Positions 48,746 through 57,861 are shown, numbered from the stretch's first letter. The stretch: 64,000 nt of DNA from a virus (IMGVR_UViG_3300023184_000048:32001-96000), one strand, 5' to 3'. Notes: a model not told the origin generated them from the sequence alone. Made by a program: numbers and translations.

Positions 48746-48981
48746 TGAAACTTTTGCCAATTCATAGATATGATTCACAAACTCAATTGTCGAAATTGAA
48801 AGAAGTTTGCAATAAGATATATATCGCCAGAAATATCTCTTTAAGTCAAGAAGGAGTCATCAAACAACTTGAAGTGATCGACACATTATTCCGAAGTGAT
48901 AATGAAGATTACGATATGTATGATGAAAAACAGGCTAATGAGAGATATGGTGATTTTGATGTTACAGAATTTCATTATTAA
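48745..48981 (+). CDS. Hypothetical protein
   Basis: TAATG coupling. Confidence 0.55.
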   Translation: MKLLPIHRYDSQTQLSKLKEVCNKIYIARNISLSQEGVIKQLEVIDTLFRSDNEDYDMYDEKQANERYGDFDVTEFHY

Positions 48982-49002
48982 AAACTAGAATATAATCAAG
49001 AT

Positions 49003-49386
49003 ATGAAGTTTGAAGATTTTAAAAAAGATTTTGATGAAAAATTGGCAACTATGTCTGATGATGACCTTGTTGAGTCGTTCGCTGATATGGGAGTTGATGT
49101 AACTATTAAGAGAATGAAAACATTGCTATTTCTAAATCCGGGTTGGGGTGTTGATTTCATGCTGAAAAGAAGAATGATGGCCGAAAACATTGAACATCCA
49201 TATATTTCTCTGTTTGAGGATTTGGAGAACAAAAAGACAAACGATAAACTCTACAAAAAACACGAAATCAAATCAACTCCTGTCTTGATTGTTCTTGACA
49301 AAACAGAAGAGGTTGATAGAATAACAGGAGTAGAAGACATTCTAAAATATTTAAAAGACAACAATGAATCAATTGATAAAATTTAA
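49003..49386 (+). CDS. Hypothetical protein with thioredoxin-like C terminus
   Basis: KHEIKSTPVLIV...EVDRITG; no CxxC. Confidence 0.5.
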   Translation: MKFEDFKKDFDEKLATMSDDDLVESFADMGVDVTIKRMKTLLFLNPGWGVDFMLKRRMMAENIEHPYISLFEDLENKKTNDKLYKKHEIKSTPVLIVLDKTEEVDRITGVEDILKYLKDNNESIDKI

Positions 49387-50032
49387 GTGGGATGAAAAAG
49401 ATAATTTGTATTTTTCTTCTGATTTTCACTATAATCATAAATGTGAAACTTGGGAAGTGCCTCTTTGGAAAGTAAGGGGTTATGATAGTGTTGAACACGC
49501 AAATGAATCACAAATCAACCAGATTAATAAATCTGTTCCAGAGAATGCTACTCTCTTTTATACAGGAGATACGGCTTTAAATGCTGATGAGGACATTGTG
49601 CTGGACCTCTGGAGTAGAATTAATTGCAAAGATATTAGATTCATTTATGGGAATCATGATTTGATCATGTATCGACTTTATAAACAAGAGCTTAAGAAGC
49701 AGTATGGCTTAGAGGGTGTTGAGCTTTATCCGCTCAAGATGAATAATGTGACTTATCTTGGAAATTATGCGGAGATTCAAGTGGGTAAGAAAAAGATTAC
49801 CCTATGTCATTACCCTATCAGAAGTTGGAATCAGGCTGGAAGAGGTTCCATCAATCTTCACGGTCATTCTCACAATAATGATCCAACTAGAAATCCTGAC
49901 TATCATCTTGGTAAATGCTTAGATCTTAGCTGGGATTGGAAAAAAGATGTCTGGACATTTGACCAAATCATGGATGTAATGTCAACTAAAGAGATCCATG
50001 TCACTGATCACCATGATGTGGGAGTAAGATAA
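49364..50032 (+). CDS. Calcineurin-like metallophosphoesterase
   Basis: SSDFH, TGD, GNHD, LCHYP, LHGHSH. Confidence 0.85.
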   Translation: MNQLIKFKWDEKDNLYFSSDFHYNHKCETWEVPLWKVRGYDSVEHANESQINQINKSVPENATLFYTGDTALNADEDIVLDLWSRINCKDIRFIYGNHDLIMYRLYKQELKKQYGLEGVELYPLKMNNVTYLGNYAEIQVGKKKITLCHYPIRSWNQAGRGSINLHGHSHNNDPTRNPDYHLGKCLDLSWDWKKDVWTFDQIMDVMSTKEIHVTDHHDVGVR

Positions 50033-50035
50033 TTT

Positions 50036-50287
50036 ATGAACGAAACAGAAATTGAAAAATACCAACAACTAATTAAAAAAGCAAATATGGAACTGGACAC
50101 ACTGACGTTTGAGGAGAAGGAAGAACTTTATAATTCATATGATGTTCAATTGACTAAGGCGACACAATTGCAAAAGAAATTTAAAAAACTTGCAAAGTCG
50201 GTCGATACTGCTATAATTGAATTAGAAATTGAGCGTTTCCTTGAGACAGGTGAGATTGGTGATGCTCAAGACGTAGAATACAACTAA
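50036..50287 (+). CDS. Hypothetical protein
   Basis: ORF track. Confidence 0.55.
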   Translation: MNETEIEKYQQLIKKANMELDTLTFEEKEELYNSYDVQLTKATQLQKKFKKLAKSVDTAIIELEIERFLETGEIGDAQDVEYN

Positions 50288-50290
50288 TAT

Positions 50291-50551
50291 ATGACAACAA
50301 CAAAACAAGAAAAAATGAAGACAGTAAACACAAAGCAAACACGTAAGAACATGGAATGGTTGATGAATCCAGACCAAATCAAAACCCCAAAGCAGTTCAA
50401 TGTTACATTTGAACGTGATGAAAATGGAAACTTCAATCTTATGAAGGCTCTATATATCAAGAAGGTTAATCAACATGTGGAGGAATTTGTTCCAGTTGAT
50501 GCTCGGGATATTGCGCGTGTGATGAATCGTTCGACCATCAAGGCTCGGTAA
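50291..50551 (+). CDS. Hypothetical protein
   Basis: ORF followed by a terminator. Confidence 0.6.
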   Translation: MTTTKQEKMKTVNTKQTRKNMEWLMNPDQIKTPKQFNVTFERDENGNFNLMKALYIKKVNQHVEEFVPVDARDIARVMNRSTIKAR

Positions 50552-50575
50552 TAGATTCATTCGTTGGACATAGAT

Positions 50576-50619
50576 AACCTCTGGGAATTTTAGAAATATT
50601 ATTCCTAGAGGTTTTCTTT
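50576..50619 (+). terminator. Rho-independent terminator
   Basis: AACCTCTGGGAAT/ATTCCTAGAGGTT stem (one G-U) followed by TTCTTT. Confidence 0.7.
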
Positions 50620-50645
50620 ATTAAAAACTAAAATATAATAAATTT

Positions 50646-51029
50646 ATGGGAATGTATACAGAGTTAGTTTTGGGCGTTGATCTAAAATCGGATACTCCAA
50701 ATGAGGTTGTCGATATTTTGACATATATGTTAGCAATTGATCAAGAGGATTTAACACCCGTAATTCCATATCATGAATTATTTCAAACTGAAAGATGGGA
50801 AGTTATGTTGCGTTGCGGATCTTCTTATTTTGATGGTGGGACTCATTCAGAGATGTCATATGACAAATACGGCAGGGTGTGGAGAATTAATATTAGGTGT
50901 AATTTGAAGAATTATTCTAATGAGATTGAAAAGTTTATCAATTGGATTTCTCCTTACGTTTCTACTAGAGGATTTGCTGGATATTCGAGATATGAAGAAG
51001 AAAGAGAACCAACTTTAATTTATTTTTGA
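50646..51029 (+). CDS. Conserved phage hypothetical protein
   Basis: MGMYTE...LKNYSNEIEKFINWI pattern; early motif. Confidence 0.65.
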   Translation: MGMYTELVLGVDLKSDTPNEVVDILTYMLAIDQEDLTPVIPYHELFQTERWEVMLRCGSSYFDGGTHSEMSYDKYGRVWRINIRCNLKNYSNEIEKFINWISPYVSTRGFAGYSRYEEEREPTLIYF

Positions 51030-51031
51030 TT

Positions 51032-51367
51032 ATGAAACACCTAGAACATTTAAACCTGAAACCTTCCCATTTTAATAATGGTGTTGCATCATTTGATCAA
51101 GTATCACACTCCGATATTATCAAAGCAACTTCATCTGGTGCTGAGTATGATCCGACAGATATTAATAATTTAATTGTTATTGATGTTATTACAAACTATA
51201 AAGAACTCATGGCTTTTGGAATTATTGATCAACTGGGAATTATGTATTTTCAAGGATTTTCTGGATTTCCCTTTGATTCAAAATGTGTTGATCATGTGGA
51301 TAATTTGATTCCATATGATGCGAAGAAGAGAAAGATTAATCATTGTAATATTTTTGTGGAGCTTTAA
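51032..51367 (+). CDS. Hypothetical protein
   Basis: ORF track. Confidence 0.55.
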   Translation: MKHLEHLNLKPSHFNNGVASFDQVSHSDIIKATSSGAEYDPTDINNLIVIDVITNYKELMAFGIIDQLGIMYFQGFSGFPFDSKCVDHVDNLIPYDAKKRKINHCNIFVEL

Positions 51368-51395
51368 TTATTAAAAACTAGAATATAATACATTT

Positions 51396-51617
51396 ATGAA
51401 AAATATAGAATTTGAAAAAAAATTTCTAGATGTCTTTAGTATCCATATCTACAGTGAAGATCGTTATTTTAATGAAAAGGAGCATCTCCAACATACACTA
51501 TACAAAAATTTTGTGACTGTTAAATTACTCAATTTTAGGATTTTTCATACGTTTTGGAGAACTGGAAAAACCTGTGTAGGTAATGTCGCCTTTTCTAGTT
51601 TCTATATTAAAAACTAG
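51396..51617 (+). CDS. Hypothetical early protein
   Basis: Early motif; its stop is the TAG inside the next motif. Confidence 0.55.
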   Translation: MKNIEFEKKFLDVFSIHIYSEDRYFNEKEHLQHTLYKNFVTVKLLNFRIFHTFWRTGKTCVGNVAFSSFYIKN

Positions 51618-51631
51618 AATATCATAAGTTT

Positions 51632-52186
51632 ATGAATATCTTCCCAATTGCAGATAATTATTGTCCTATTAAATCTGCTCAAGAACTTTGTAATCGTCAC
51701 AGTTCAAGAATGCCCTTAGAGACAGCGGGTATGTTATCCTTTGCATTTCCAGAAGGTGATACATCTATCAAAAACGATAGAAAAAATAGACACTATATCC
51801 ACCCAGCTAGTAAATGGGTAAGAGAATCATTAGAAAATTTTGAATGGACTGTATTACATGGTTTGGCCCAATGTGAAGAATATACAATTCGATATAAACG
51901 TAGACATGCTTCTCAAGATTTTATAGAATGGGCTTCCGATAATTATAAGTATCTAACCTTTAACGTTAATGAGTTTACACCATTTGCTAGATGCTTTGGA
52001 CCATTCAAAGATTTGTTGGATTCGGAAGAATCAAATACATTACAAGCATATAGAAAATTTTACCATTTAGATAAAAGAGATTTTGCCAAATGGCCACAGA
52101 TCAAGAAAATACCTGATTGGTGGGATGATATAACAAATGATTATGTGGATAAATCATTTGTTAATGGGGATTATTCAAAAAGATAG
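51632..52186 (+). CDS. Pyrimidine-dimer DNA glycosylase/endonuclease V-like protein
   Basis: MNIF...H..RMPLETAGML, HPASKW, EEYTIRYKRRH, AYRKFY..K...PDW. Confidence 0.7.
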   Translation: MNIFPIADNYCPIKSAQELCNRHSSRMPLETAGMLSFAFPEGDTSIKNDRKNRHYIHPASKWVRESLENFEWTVLHGLAQCEEYTIRYKRRHASQDFIEWASDNYKYLTFNVNEFTPFARCFGPFKDLLDSEESNTLQAYRKFYHLDKRDFAKWPQIKKIPDWWDDITNDYVDKSFVNGDYSKR

Positions 52187-52227
52187 ACAACAATACAAAA
52201 CTATTCATTTTAGACTAAATAGTTTAT

Positions 52228-52986
52228 GTGAGTGATAAAATAAATATACCAGTTGATATCAAATTAAAAATTGTTGAAGATTATAAAAATCTGATAAGAA
52301 ATGATGAGATATGTTCAAAGTATGATCTAACTGCCCCTAGGTTGTATAATATTTTAAAGGAATATGATATTCCCAAAAAAGGACCAAGAAAATCAGAAGC
52401 TAGATCTGGTGAAGATATAAAATGTTTAAAATGTGGTTGTCAAAAACATCAATCACAATTTCCGAAAGTGAAGGGGGTTTATAGAACATTGTGTAAAACA
52501 TGCCATTGTCATAATGAAAAAATCCGAAGAAGTAAAATGTCACCAGAAGAGAAAAAACTTATAGGCGAGAGATGTTATAATATTGTCAAAGCAAAAAAAC
52601 TTAAAGCATCTAGAGGAGAACTTCCACTATCAGATCAAATATACATATGGGTGAATAAAATAACTGGGAGAAGAACTGAGGAAAGATTCAAAGAAAGAAA
52701 GAAATTATGTAAAAACATTTTAACCAAAAAATGTTATTCAGCCAGACAAATATTTCCCGATATTATATTCTGTTTTGTGAATAATACAGGTCAAAATAGA
52801 GCAATGATAGCATCTTTAGATAGAATTGATCCATCGAAGGGATACACAGATGAAAATACCCAAATTATACCATACTGGTTAAACTCGGCCAAGTTGGATT
52901 CTTCACAAGAAGAAATAGACAATACAATAATTAATTATATATTAAATGATCAGAAATTATTAGATTCCTTAAAATCAAAGATCTAA
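52228..52986 (+). CDS. HNH-like homing endonuclease with N-terminal HTH and Zn finger
   Basis: CLKC...CKTC; SLDRIDPSKGYTDENTQII..LNSAK; GTG 6 nt after TAAATA. Confidence 0.75.
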   Translation: MSDKINIPVDIKLKIVEDYKNLIRNDEICSKYDLTAPRLYNILKEYDIPKKGPRKSEARSGEDIKCLKCGCQKHQSQFPKVKGVYRTLCKTCHCHNEKIRRSKMSPEEKKLIGERCYNIVKAKKLKASRGELPLSDQIYIWVNKITGRRTEERFKERKKLCKNILTKKCYSARQIFPDIIFCFVNNTGQNRAMIASLDRIDPSKGYTDENTQIIPYWLNSAKLDSSQEEIDNTIINYILNDQKLLDSLKSKI

Positions 52987-53325
52987 TCTAATCATCCAAG
53001 CAGCATTTGGCTGAGAACAAGTTATGACAATTTTCTTTGGGGTATTGAACATGCGTATGCTATTGCAAATGAATACACTGAACGTTACAGTAAGAGACAT
53101 AAATCTGAAGATGTTCTTGATTGGATAGAATCAAATATGTGGCAGTTGTCATTTGATTCTAACGATTTGACTCCTTATGCCATTGCGATTACAGAGGATG
53201 CGGTTTGTAGAACATTGCCCGAATTTAATCAAGTTGACACTATCAGTAAATACCGCTTATTTTACAAGTATGATAAAGCCCATCTTCATAAGTGGAAACA
53301 AAATAAACCAGATTGGATTGATTAA
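52987..53325 (+). pseudogene. 5'-truncated second allele of the glycosylase-like gene
   Basis: SNHPSSIWLRTSYDNFLWGIEHAYAIANEYTERYSKRHKSEDVLDWI...KYRLFYKYDK...KPDWID* parallels 51632-52186 from the HP motif onward; no start or N-terminal ~55 aa. Confidence 0.8.
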
Positions 53326-53346
53326 AAACTAGAATATAATAAGCTC

Positions 53347-53445
53347 ATGATTGATAAAATATACTATGTCCTATATGGAATTTTCCGCCTTTGTTATATT
53401 GCTGTTGAGCATATTTATGAACGTATCGGTGGATTCAGAAAATAA
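53347..53445 (+). CDS. 32-aa small ORF absent from the track
   Basis: MIDKIYYVLYGIFRLCYIAVEHIYERIGGFRK*; ATG exactly 6 nt after a perfect early motif. Confidence 0.6.
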   Translation: MIDKIYYVLYGIFRLCYIAVEHIYERIGGFRK

Positions 53446-53451
53446 GAAAAT

Positions 53452-54486
53452 TTAATCTGGAATTTTCCGACCAATAGAATTAAGAATTTCATTTCTTTTC
53501 TGAATAGCTTCTTCTAAAGTTTTTGCATTTGGTCTATATATCTTCTCCCCAGACTGTATATAGATTCTATAATAACCATTATCAAATCCTATATTAGCAT
53601 GTTTGATTTTTTTAGCTTTTTGTATGACTGTTTTGGGATGTGTGTAATTAGTTGATTTATACTGTTCGAGTTTTTCTGGAAAATTTAAATGGTCAAGATT
53701 TATATTATTGCACACATTTAAAAAATCAGCCATTTCTGCTGCTTCATCTTCAAGTGTAAAGGTTCCCAGCCTAGATTCAAAAGTTTTTGTATTGATGTGA
53801 ATCCTCCAAACATTGAATCTAGGCTCGTAGCACACCCAATTATATTTGGAAACTTTTAAATTCCTTTTCAGTGTTCTTTCTGGGGATGCGTGAATTCCTA
53901 GAATATAATTATCAAAATTTTCAGGAAAGTTCATCATCAGTTTAGCTGATTCATGATCAAATAGTTCTAAAAGTTTTACATCTCTAGCGAAAGCTGCATC
54001 TTGATCAGTTTTGAAATTTTTCTGAGAAACTTTCTTTCTATTAAAAGTTATACAATAATCCCATCTTTCCATATCATTATTAAAATAAACGCCGATATAA
54101 ATGGTCTTTCCATTATATCTATCTGAAAGCTTTTCTTTTTTTGACTTCTTGAGTCCCTCAACTAGAGAGATCTTCATAGCATCTGTGAATTCTCCAGATA
54201 CAGAATTTTCTATAATATTATAACCATTTTTGGTAGTCAGAGAATTATACAAGTTTATGTAGTGTGTCTCTTTAATAAGAGCTGATCCCAGATCAATTGC
54301 AGTATCAATTTTCTCAATCTTGAATTTGTCTTTTCCATACTTTATCATGGCATTTCTCAACGGGAGATTGGTATTTTTCTTTTTGGAGAAATGGCCATTT
54401 AACCTAAGATTAAGTGGTTGTTTTGTTATTCCAATATAAACCTTATCATTTACACTATTTGTTATTTTATAAATCTTTCTCTCCAT
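53452..54486 (-). CDS. GIY-YIG homing endonuclease with three AP2-like domains
   Basis: KIYKITNSVNDKVYIG; YIGVYF..W..F...AA.ARD, KYNWVCY..W..LGTF..E.EAA, Y..I..TLEEAI..RN; ATG 5 nt after TAAATA. Confidence 0.8.
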   Translation of the reverse strand: MERKIYKITNSVNDKVYIGITKQPLNLRLNGHFSKKKNTNLPLRNAMIKYGKDKFKIEKIDTAIDLGSALIKETHYINLYNSLTTKNGYNIIENSVSGEFTDAMKISLVEGLKKSKKEKLSDRYNGKTIYIGVYFNNDMERWDYCITFNRKKVSQKNFKTDQDAAFARDVKLLELFDHESAKLMMNFPENFDNYILGIHASPERTLKRNLKVSKYNWVCYEPRFNVWRIHINTKTFESRLGTFTLEDEAAEMADFLNVCNNINLDHLNFPEKLEQYKSTNYTHPKTVIQKAKKIKHANIGFDNGYYRIYIQSGEKIYRPNAKTLEEAIQKRNEILNSIGRKIPD

Positions 54487-54544
54487 ACATTTATTTAGTC
54501 CATAACTACCGAAAATCAATTAAAAACTAGATTACAATACACAC

Positions 54545-56467
54545 ATGATTATTAAACATACTAGCTCGCCTGTCATAACTTCTGGAGATATGGAAGATTC
54601 CAAGATGGAGATTGATCCAAATAATTCAGACTTTGTTGCCCTTCTACTCAGAAACAACATCTACACCGATAAGATTTTAGCCCCCATTAGGGAGATTACA
54701 GTGAATGGCGTAGATGCCAATATTGAATCTGGTTCCAATGAAACTGTTCAAGTTAAAATTACATATGAATCAGGTTCGTATACTTGGAGTTGCCGAGATA
54801 ATGGGTTGGGTCTTTCGGAAAATGATGTTAGAAACATTTTTGGAAAAATTGGGGCATCTAATAAAAGACATTGTAATAAACAAGCAGGTATGTTTGGATT
54901 GGGTTCGTTTTCCCCATTTGCTGTTGGGGATACATACCACGTTACTTCACATCATAATGGGTTGAAATCGATATATTGTGCCACTCTTGTTGCGGGTGAT
55001 CAGGCCATTAATGTGGGTCGTCTTTATAAAGTGTCAGAAGAACCAACCACTGAAACGGGTATTGAAGTATCCTTTGATATCACTAAGGATTATTGGAAAT
55101 TTCACGATAAGACTAAAACATTTATTAATAATTTTCTACCCGAAACAAATGTTCAATACGAGGATCACAATGGCGAAGTCCACACACCCCTACAACCAAT
55201 TCTGACATATGAGAAGAATGGATTCGTGATCAATGCATATGATTCAAAGGATTATTATAATACTGAAAAGGTTTGGATTCGTATGGGTGGTGTTGTCTAC
55301 AATCATAACCATAAACTTGTAAAATATGGAACATTCAAACATCAACTTATTGTCGATGTTCCAATTGGAATGCTCACCATTCCACCATCCAGAGAGTCTT
55401 TAGATGTTTCGGCTAATAATGATCGAGTTCTCAAGGAGATTGATGATATTATTCTAGAAATTTATGAGAATGATAAGAAATCCCTTACGGTTCCAAAGTT
55501 TGGTGAATTTGTATCTGGTGAAAAATCAGGTAAAACATATGAAAGTGAATGGTGTAAGTATAATCTTTTTGAATTATTTCCTGATACGGAAAAGCTTAGG
55601 AGGATAACGTCATCCAATCACAAGATGTATGGCGATCCAATCAAGCCTAATGCCAATGGTAAGTATATCATCTATACTTTTCCTGAAATTAGAACGGTTA
55701 AGAGTTGGATCAAACGTCTTGAAGCAGTTCTGACCATTGATCCTGATTATTCTGGTTGTCTTGCAGTATTTCAAACTGCGAAAGTGATGGCTGAACTTAG
55801 TAAGAATACAGAGACTCTTGATGTTTCTGATTGTATCTTTGTGGATGTTAAGAGTCTTGGTCTTCCCAAGCTTGTAACTAATCCTAAAGATAAAGATGAT
55901 GGACCAACCGAATATGTCATCTACAAGAACGGTGATAAGGATTATAAGACGATTGATGGACTTGATGAAGATAATGATTCAGAGATTTATAAAGATGCTG
56001 AGTGGTATAAGTCTGAGAAGTTGACCCGTGATCAGTTCCTCAATCGTTGTATTGGTTGGGCTAATACAAATGATGATCGTCATGGTCATGGTAGAGATAA
56101 TAGATTTTGGACTACTGGTGCTAAGAAAATGTATGATGGTCTTGTCGAACTTGGGTTTATTGAAATAAATTCTAAGACCTATAAAGACACCATGAGTCTT
56201 ATTAGTTCCAGAGAACAAAAACAAAATGATATCTCTCAAGCTCAATCAAGAATCAAAGGTGTGACTTTCAAGATTGATGTTCTTCAACAAGTTGCTACTG
56301 CCATTGGTAAAAATCCCAGCAAGCTTGATCGTCTGAAAAACATCAAAGCTAAAATCTTGTTGGAAGATTCTCCACGCAGTCGTATCCTTAAACAAATTGA
56401 GGATACCTATAGCTATCGCACCAATTTGACTCGTTCTGATCTGCGAATGATTCTGAAAATGAAATAA
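54545..56467 (+). CDS. rIIA: rIIA-like protein (GHKL ATPase N terminus)
   Basis: NIYTDKILAPIREITVNGVDA, CRDNGLGL, GMFGLGSFSPF, TGIEV. Confidence 0.8.
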   Translation: MIIKHTSSPVITSGDMEDSKMEIDPNNSDFVALLLRNNIYTDKILAPIREITVNGVDANIESGSNETVQVKITYESGSYTWSCRDNGLGLSENDVRNIFGKIGASNKRHCNKQAGMFGLGSFSPFAVGDTYHVTSHHNGLKSIYCATLVAGDQAINVGRLYKVSEEPTTETGIEVSFDITKDYWKFHDKTKTFINNFLPETNVQYEDHNGEVHTPLQPILTYEKNGFVINAYDSKDYYNTEKVWIRMGGVVYNHNHKLVKYGTFKHQLIVDVPIGMLTIPPSRESLDVSANNDRVLKEIDDIILEIYENDKKSLTVPKFGEFVSGEKSGKTYESEWCKYNLFELFPDTEKLRRITSSNHKMYGDPIKPNANGKYIIYTFPEIRTVKSWIKRLEAVLTIDPDYSGCLAVFQTAKVMAELSKNTETLDVSDCIFVDVKSLGLPKLVTNPKDKDDGPTEYVIYKNGDKDYKTIDGLDEDNDSEIYKDAEWYKSEKLTRDQFLNRCIGWANTNDDRHGHGRDNRFWTTGAKKMYDGLVELGFIEINSKTYKDTMSLISSREQKQNDISQAQSRIKGVTFKIDVLQQVATAIGKNPSKLDRLKNIKAKILLEDSPRSRILKQIEDTYSYRTNLTRSDLRMILKMK

Positions 56468-56477
56468 TTTGTATAAT

Positions 56478-56550
56478 TTTGAGGTAGATTTTGTAATCTC
56501 ATTCTGATAGTAAATGATAAGAATGGCTGGTTCGATCCCAGCACCTCAAA
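56478..56550 (+). ncRNA. Degenerate tRNA-like structure
   Basis: Acceptor-like TTTGAGGT/ACCTCAAA, short D-like GATT/AATC hairpin, central hairpin containing CTGATA, perfect T-arm GCTGG-TTCGATC-CCAGC; no CCA. Confidence 0.55.
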
Positions 56551-56584
56551 TCTTTCTGATTAAAAACTAAAATATAATACTCAT

Positions 56585-56803
56585 ATGAAGAGAGCATTTT
56601 GGTTCCACTACAATAAGCCTGAGTCGAGTAAGGTCGGTAAACCTCAGATCACTGTTCATTATATGAATGCCTGCCATATCGTGGATAATGTCGTCATCAA
56701 TTGTATGACTGCTGGAAGGCTTAGAAAGACTCAACCTAGATGGGTTGTTGCTGGTAAGGCCAAGGAAATCATCTTTAAGGATGGAGTAGCAATTATTAAT
56801 TAA
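56585..56803 (+). CDS. Conserved small phage protein
   Basis: FWFHYNKP...ITVHY...K.QPRWVVAG pattern; early motif. Confidence 0.65.
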   Translation: MKRAFWFHYNKPESSKVGKPQITVHYMNACHIVDNVVINCMTAGRLRKTQPRWVVAGKAKEIIFKDGVAIIN

Positions 56804-56824
56804 AAACTAAAATACAATAAGACC

Positions 56825-57085
56825 ATGACTGAAGAACAAATCAAAGAAGAATCACTAAAGATTTACAATCAAAGAATTCAAGAAGAAAAGATTCAAAAGG
56901 CTGCGAATGAACTTTATGATGCTGCTAATAAGATGACTATCATTAATAATTCTTGCCAATCCTTTTATGATAAATGGCTGGATGTTTCAAACAAATTAGT
57001 AAAGCTTAATGATGTTTGGCAAACCTTTCTCAGTGATAGGGATTATAAAAAGTTTTGCGAAGAATATACCAAAATTTCAATTTGA
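56825..57085 (+). CDS. Hypothetical early protein
   Basis: Early motif. Confidence 0.6.
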   Translation: MTEEQIKEESLKIYNQRIQEEKIQKAANELYDAANKMTIINNSCQSFYDKWLDVSNKLVKLNDVWQTFLSDRDYKKFCEEYTKISI

Positions 57086-57861
57086 AAAGTAATTTAATCA
57101 TTGGCAGTCATGCCTTATCCCATTGGTATTCGGATTTCAAAAGAGTTCCGATTGATTTGGATATCATGGATGAAACTCCAGTAATGAGTAGAAATCTTCA
57201 GCATTACTGGTTTGGTGACATTTCAAAACATATACTCGAAATCAATAAAGATGAAAAGTATATTGATCCTGATCTACTCTATACTTTGAAGCTAAGTCAT
57301 CTCGGCTTTGAGATCCATTGGAGTAAAAATATTTATGACGCTTTATTCCTAAAATCTAAAGGATGTGTGGCTGACGAAAAACTGTATAAAAGGCTTGTAA
57401 AATTTTTCACTGGAGTTCATGGTGTTCGTTGGGTTACTTTAAAGGGGAAAGACTCAACTACATTCTTTGAAGATGCTGTGACTCGCAAGTATGTTCATGA
57501 TTCGATTCACGAAGCTGTTGCGGTTTATGACAAACCTCTGTATGAAACATTGATTGTAAATGGTGTAAATTGTTCCGAAGAAGGATTTGACAAACTCTCA
57601 TTGGCTGATAAAGTATTGATGACTAAGGAAGAAATTTGGGTGACTGCTCTTGAGCGTTATCATATTCCTTCAGATTTTAGGTGTGGTCATGCTAAAGCTT
57701 ATGGTGAAAGTTTGAAGAAACTTGCAACAACAATGACCTCTGGATGGTTCAAGTTCTTCATTCTTGATAACTTCAATCTTTTGACTGGGTGTAAGGACAA
57801 AACTTATATTGAAAAATTTAAACAAGCAGAACAAAACAATAAACTAAGAAAAACAAACTAA
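57082..57861 (+). CDS. Conserved phage protein with a nucleotidyltransferase-like N-terminal motif
   Basis: IIGSHAL...PIDLDI (GS...DxD); start uncertain (57055 or TTG 57082). Confidence 0.5.
   Translation: MKSNLIIGSHALSHWYSDFKRVPIDLDIMDETPVMSRNLQHYWFGDISKHILEINKDEKYIDPDLLYTLKLSHLGFEIHWSKNIYDALFLKSKGCVADEKLYKRLVKFFTGVHGVRWVTLKGKDSTTFFEDAVTRKYVHDSIHEAVAVYDKPLYETLIVNGVNCSEEGFDKLSLADKVLMTKEEIWVTALERYHIPSDFRCGHAKAYGESLKKLATTMTSGWFKFFILDNFNLLTGCKDKTYIEKFKQAEQNNKLRKTN

Noticed and set aside
51796-52986. Group I intron interrupting the glycosylase-like gene
   Set aside because: The upstream gene is already complete, and I could not see P7/R-S core elements or room for a ribozyme outside coding sequence; gene-end replacement fits better (RT-PCR would settle it)
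56478-56550. Canonical functional tRNA-Ile or tRNA-Sec
   Set aside because: D-loop of 4 nt without GG, anticodon loop not 7 nt, no long variable arm, no CCA; kept only as tRNA-like
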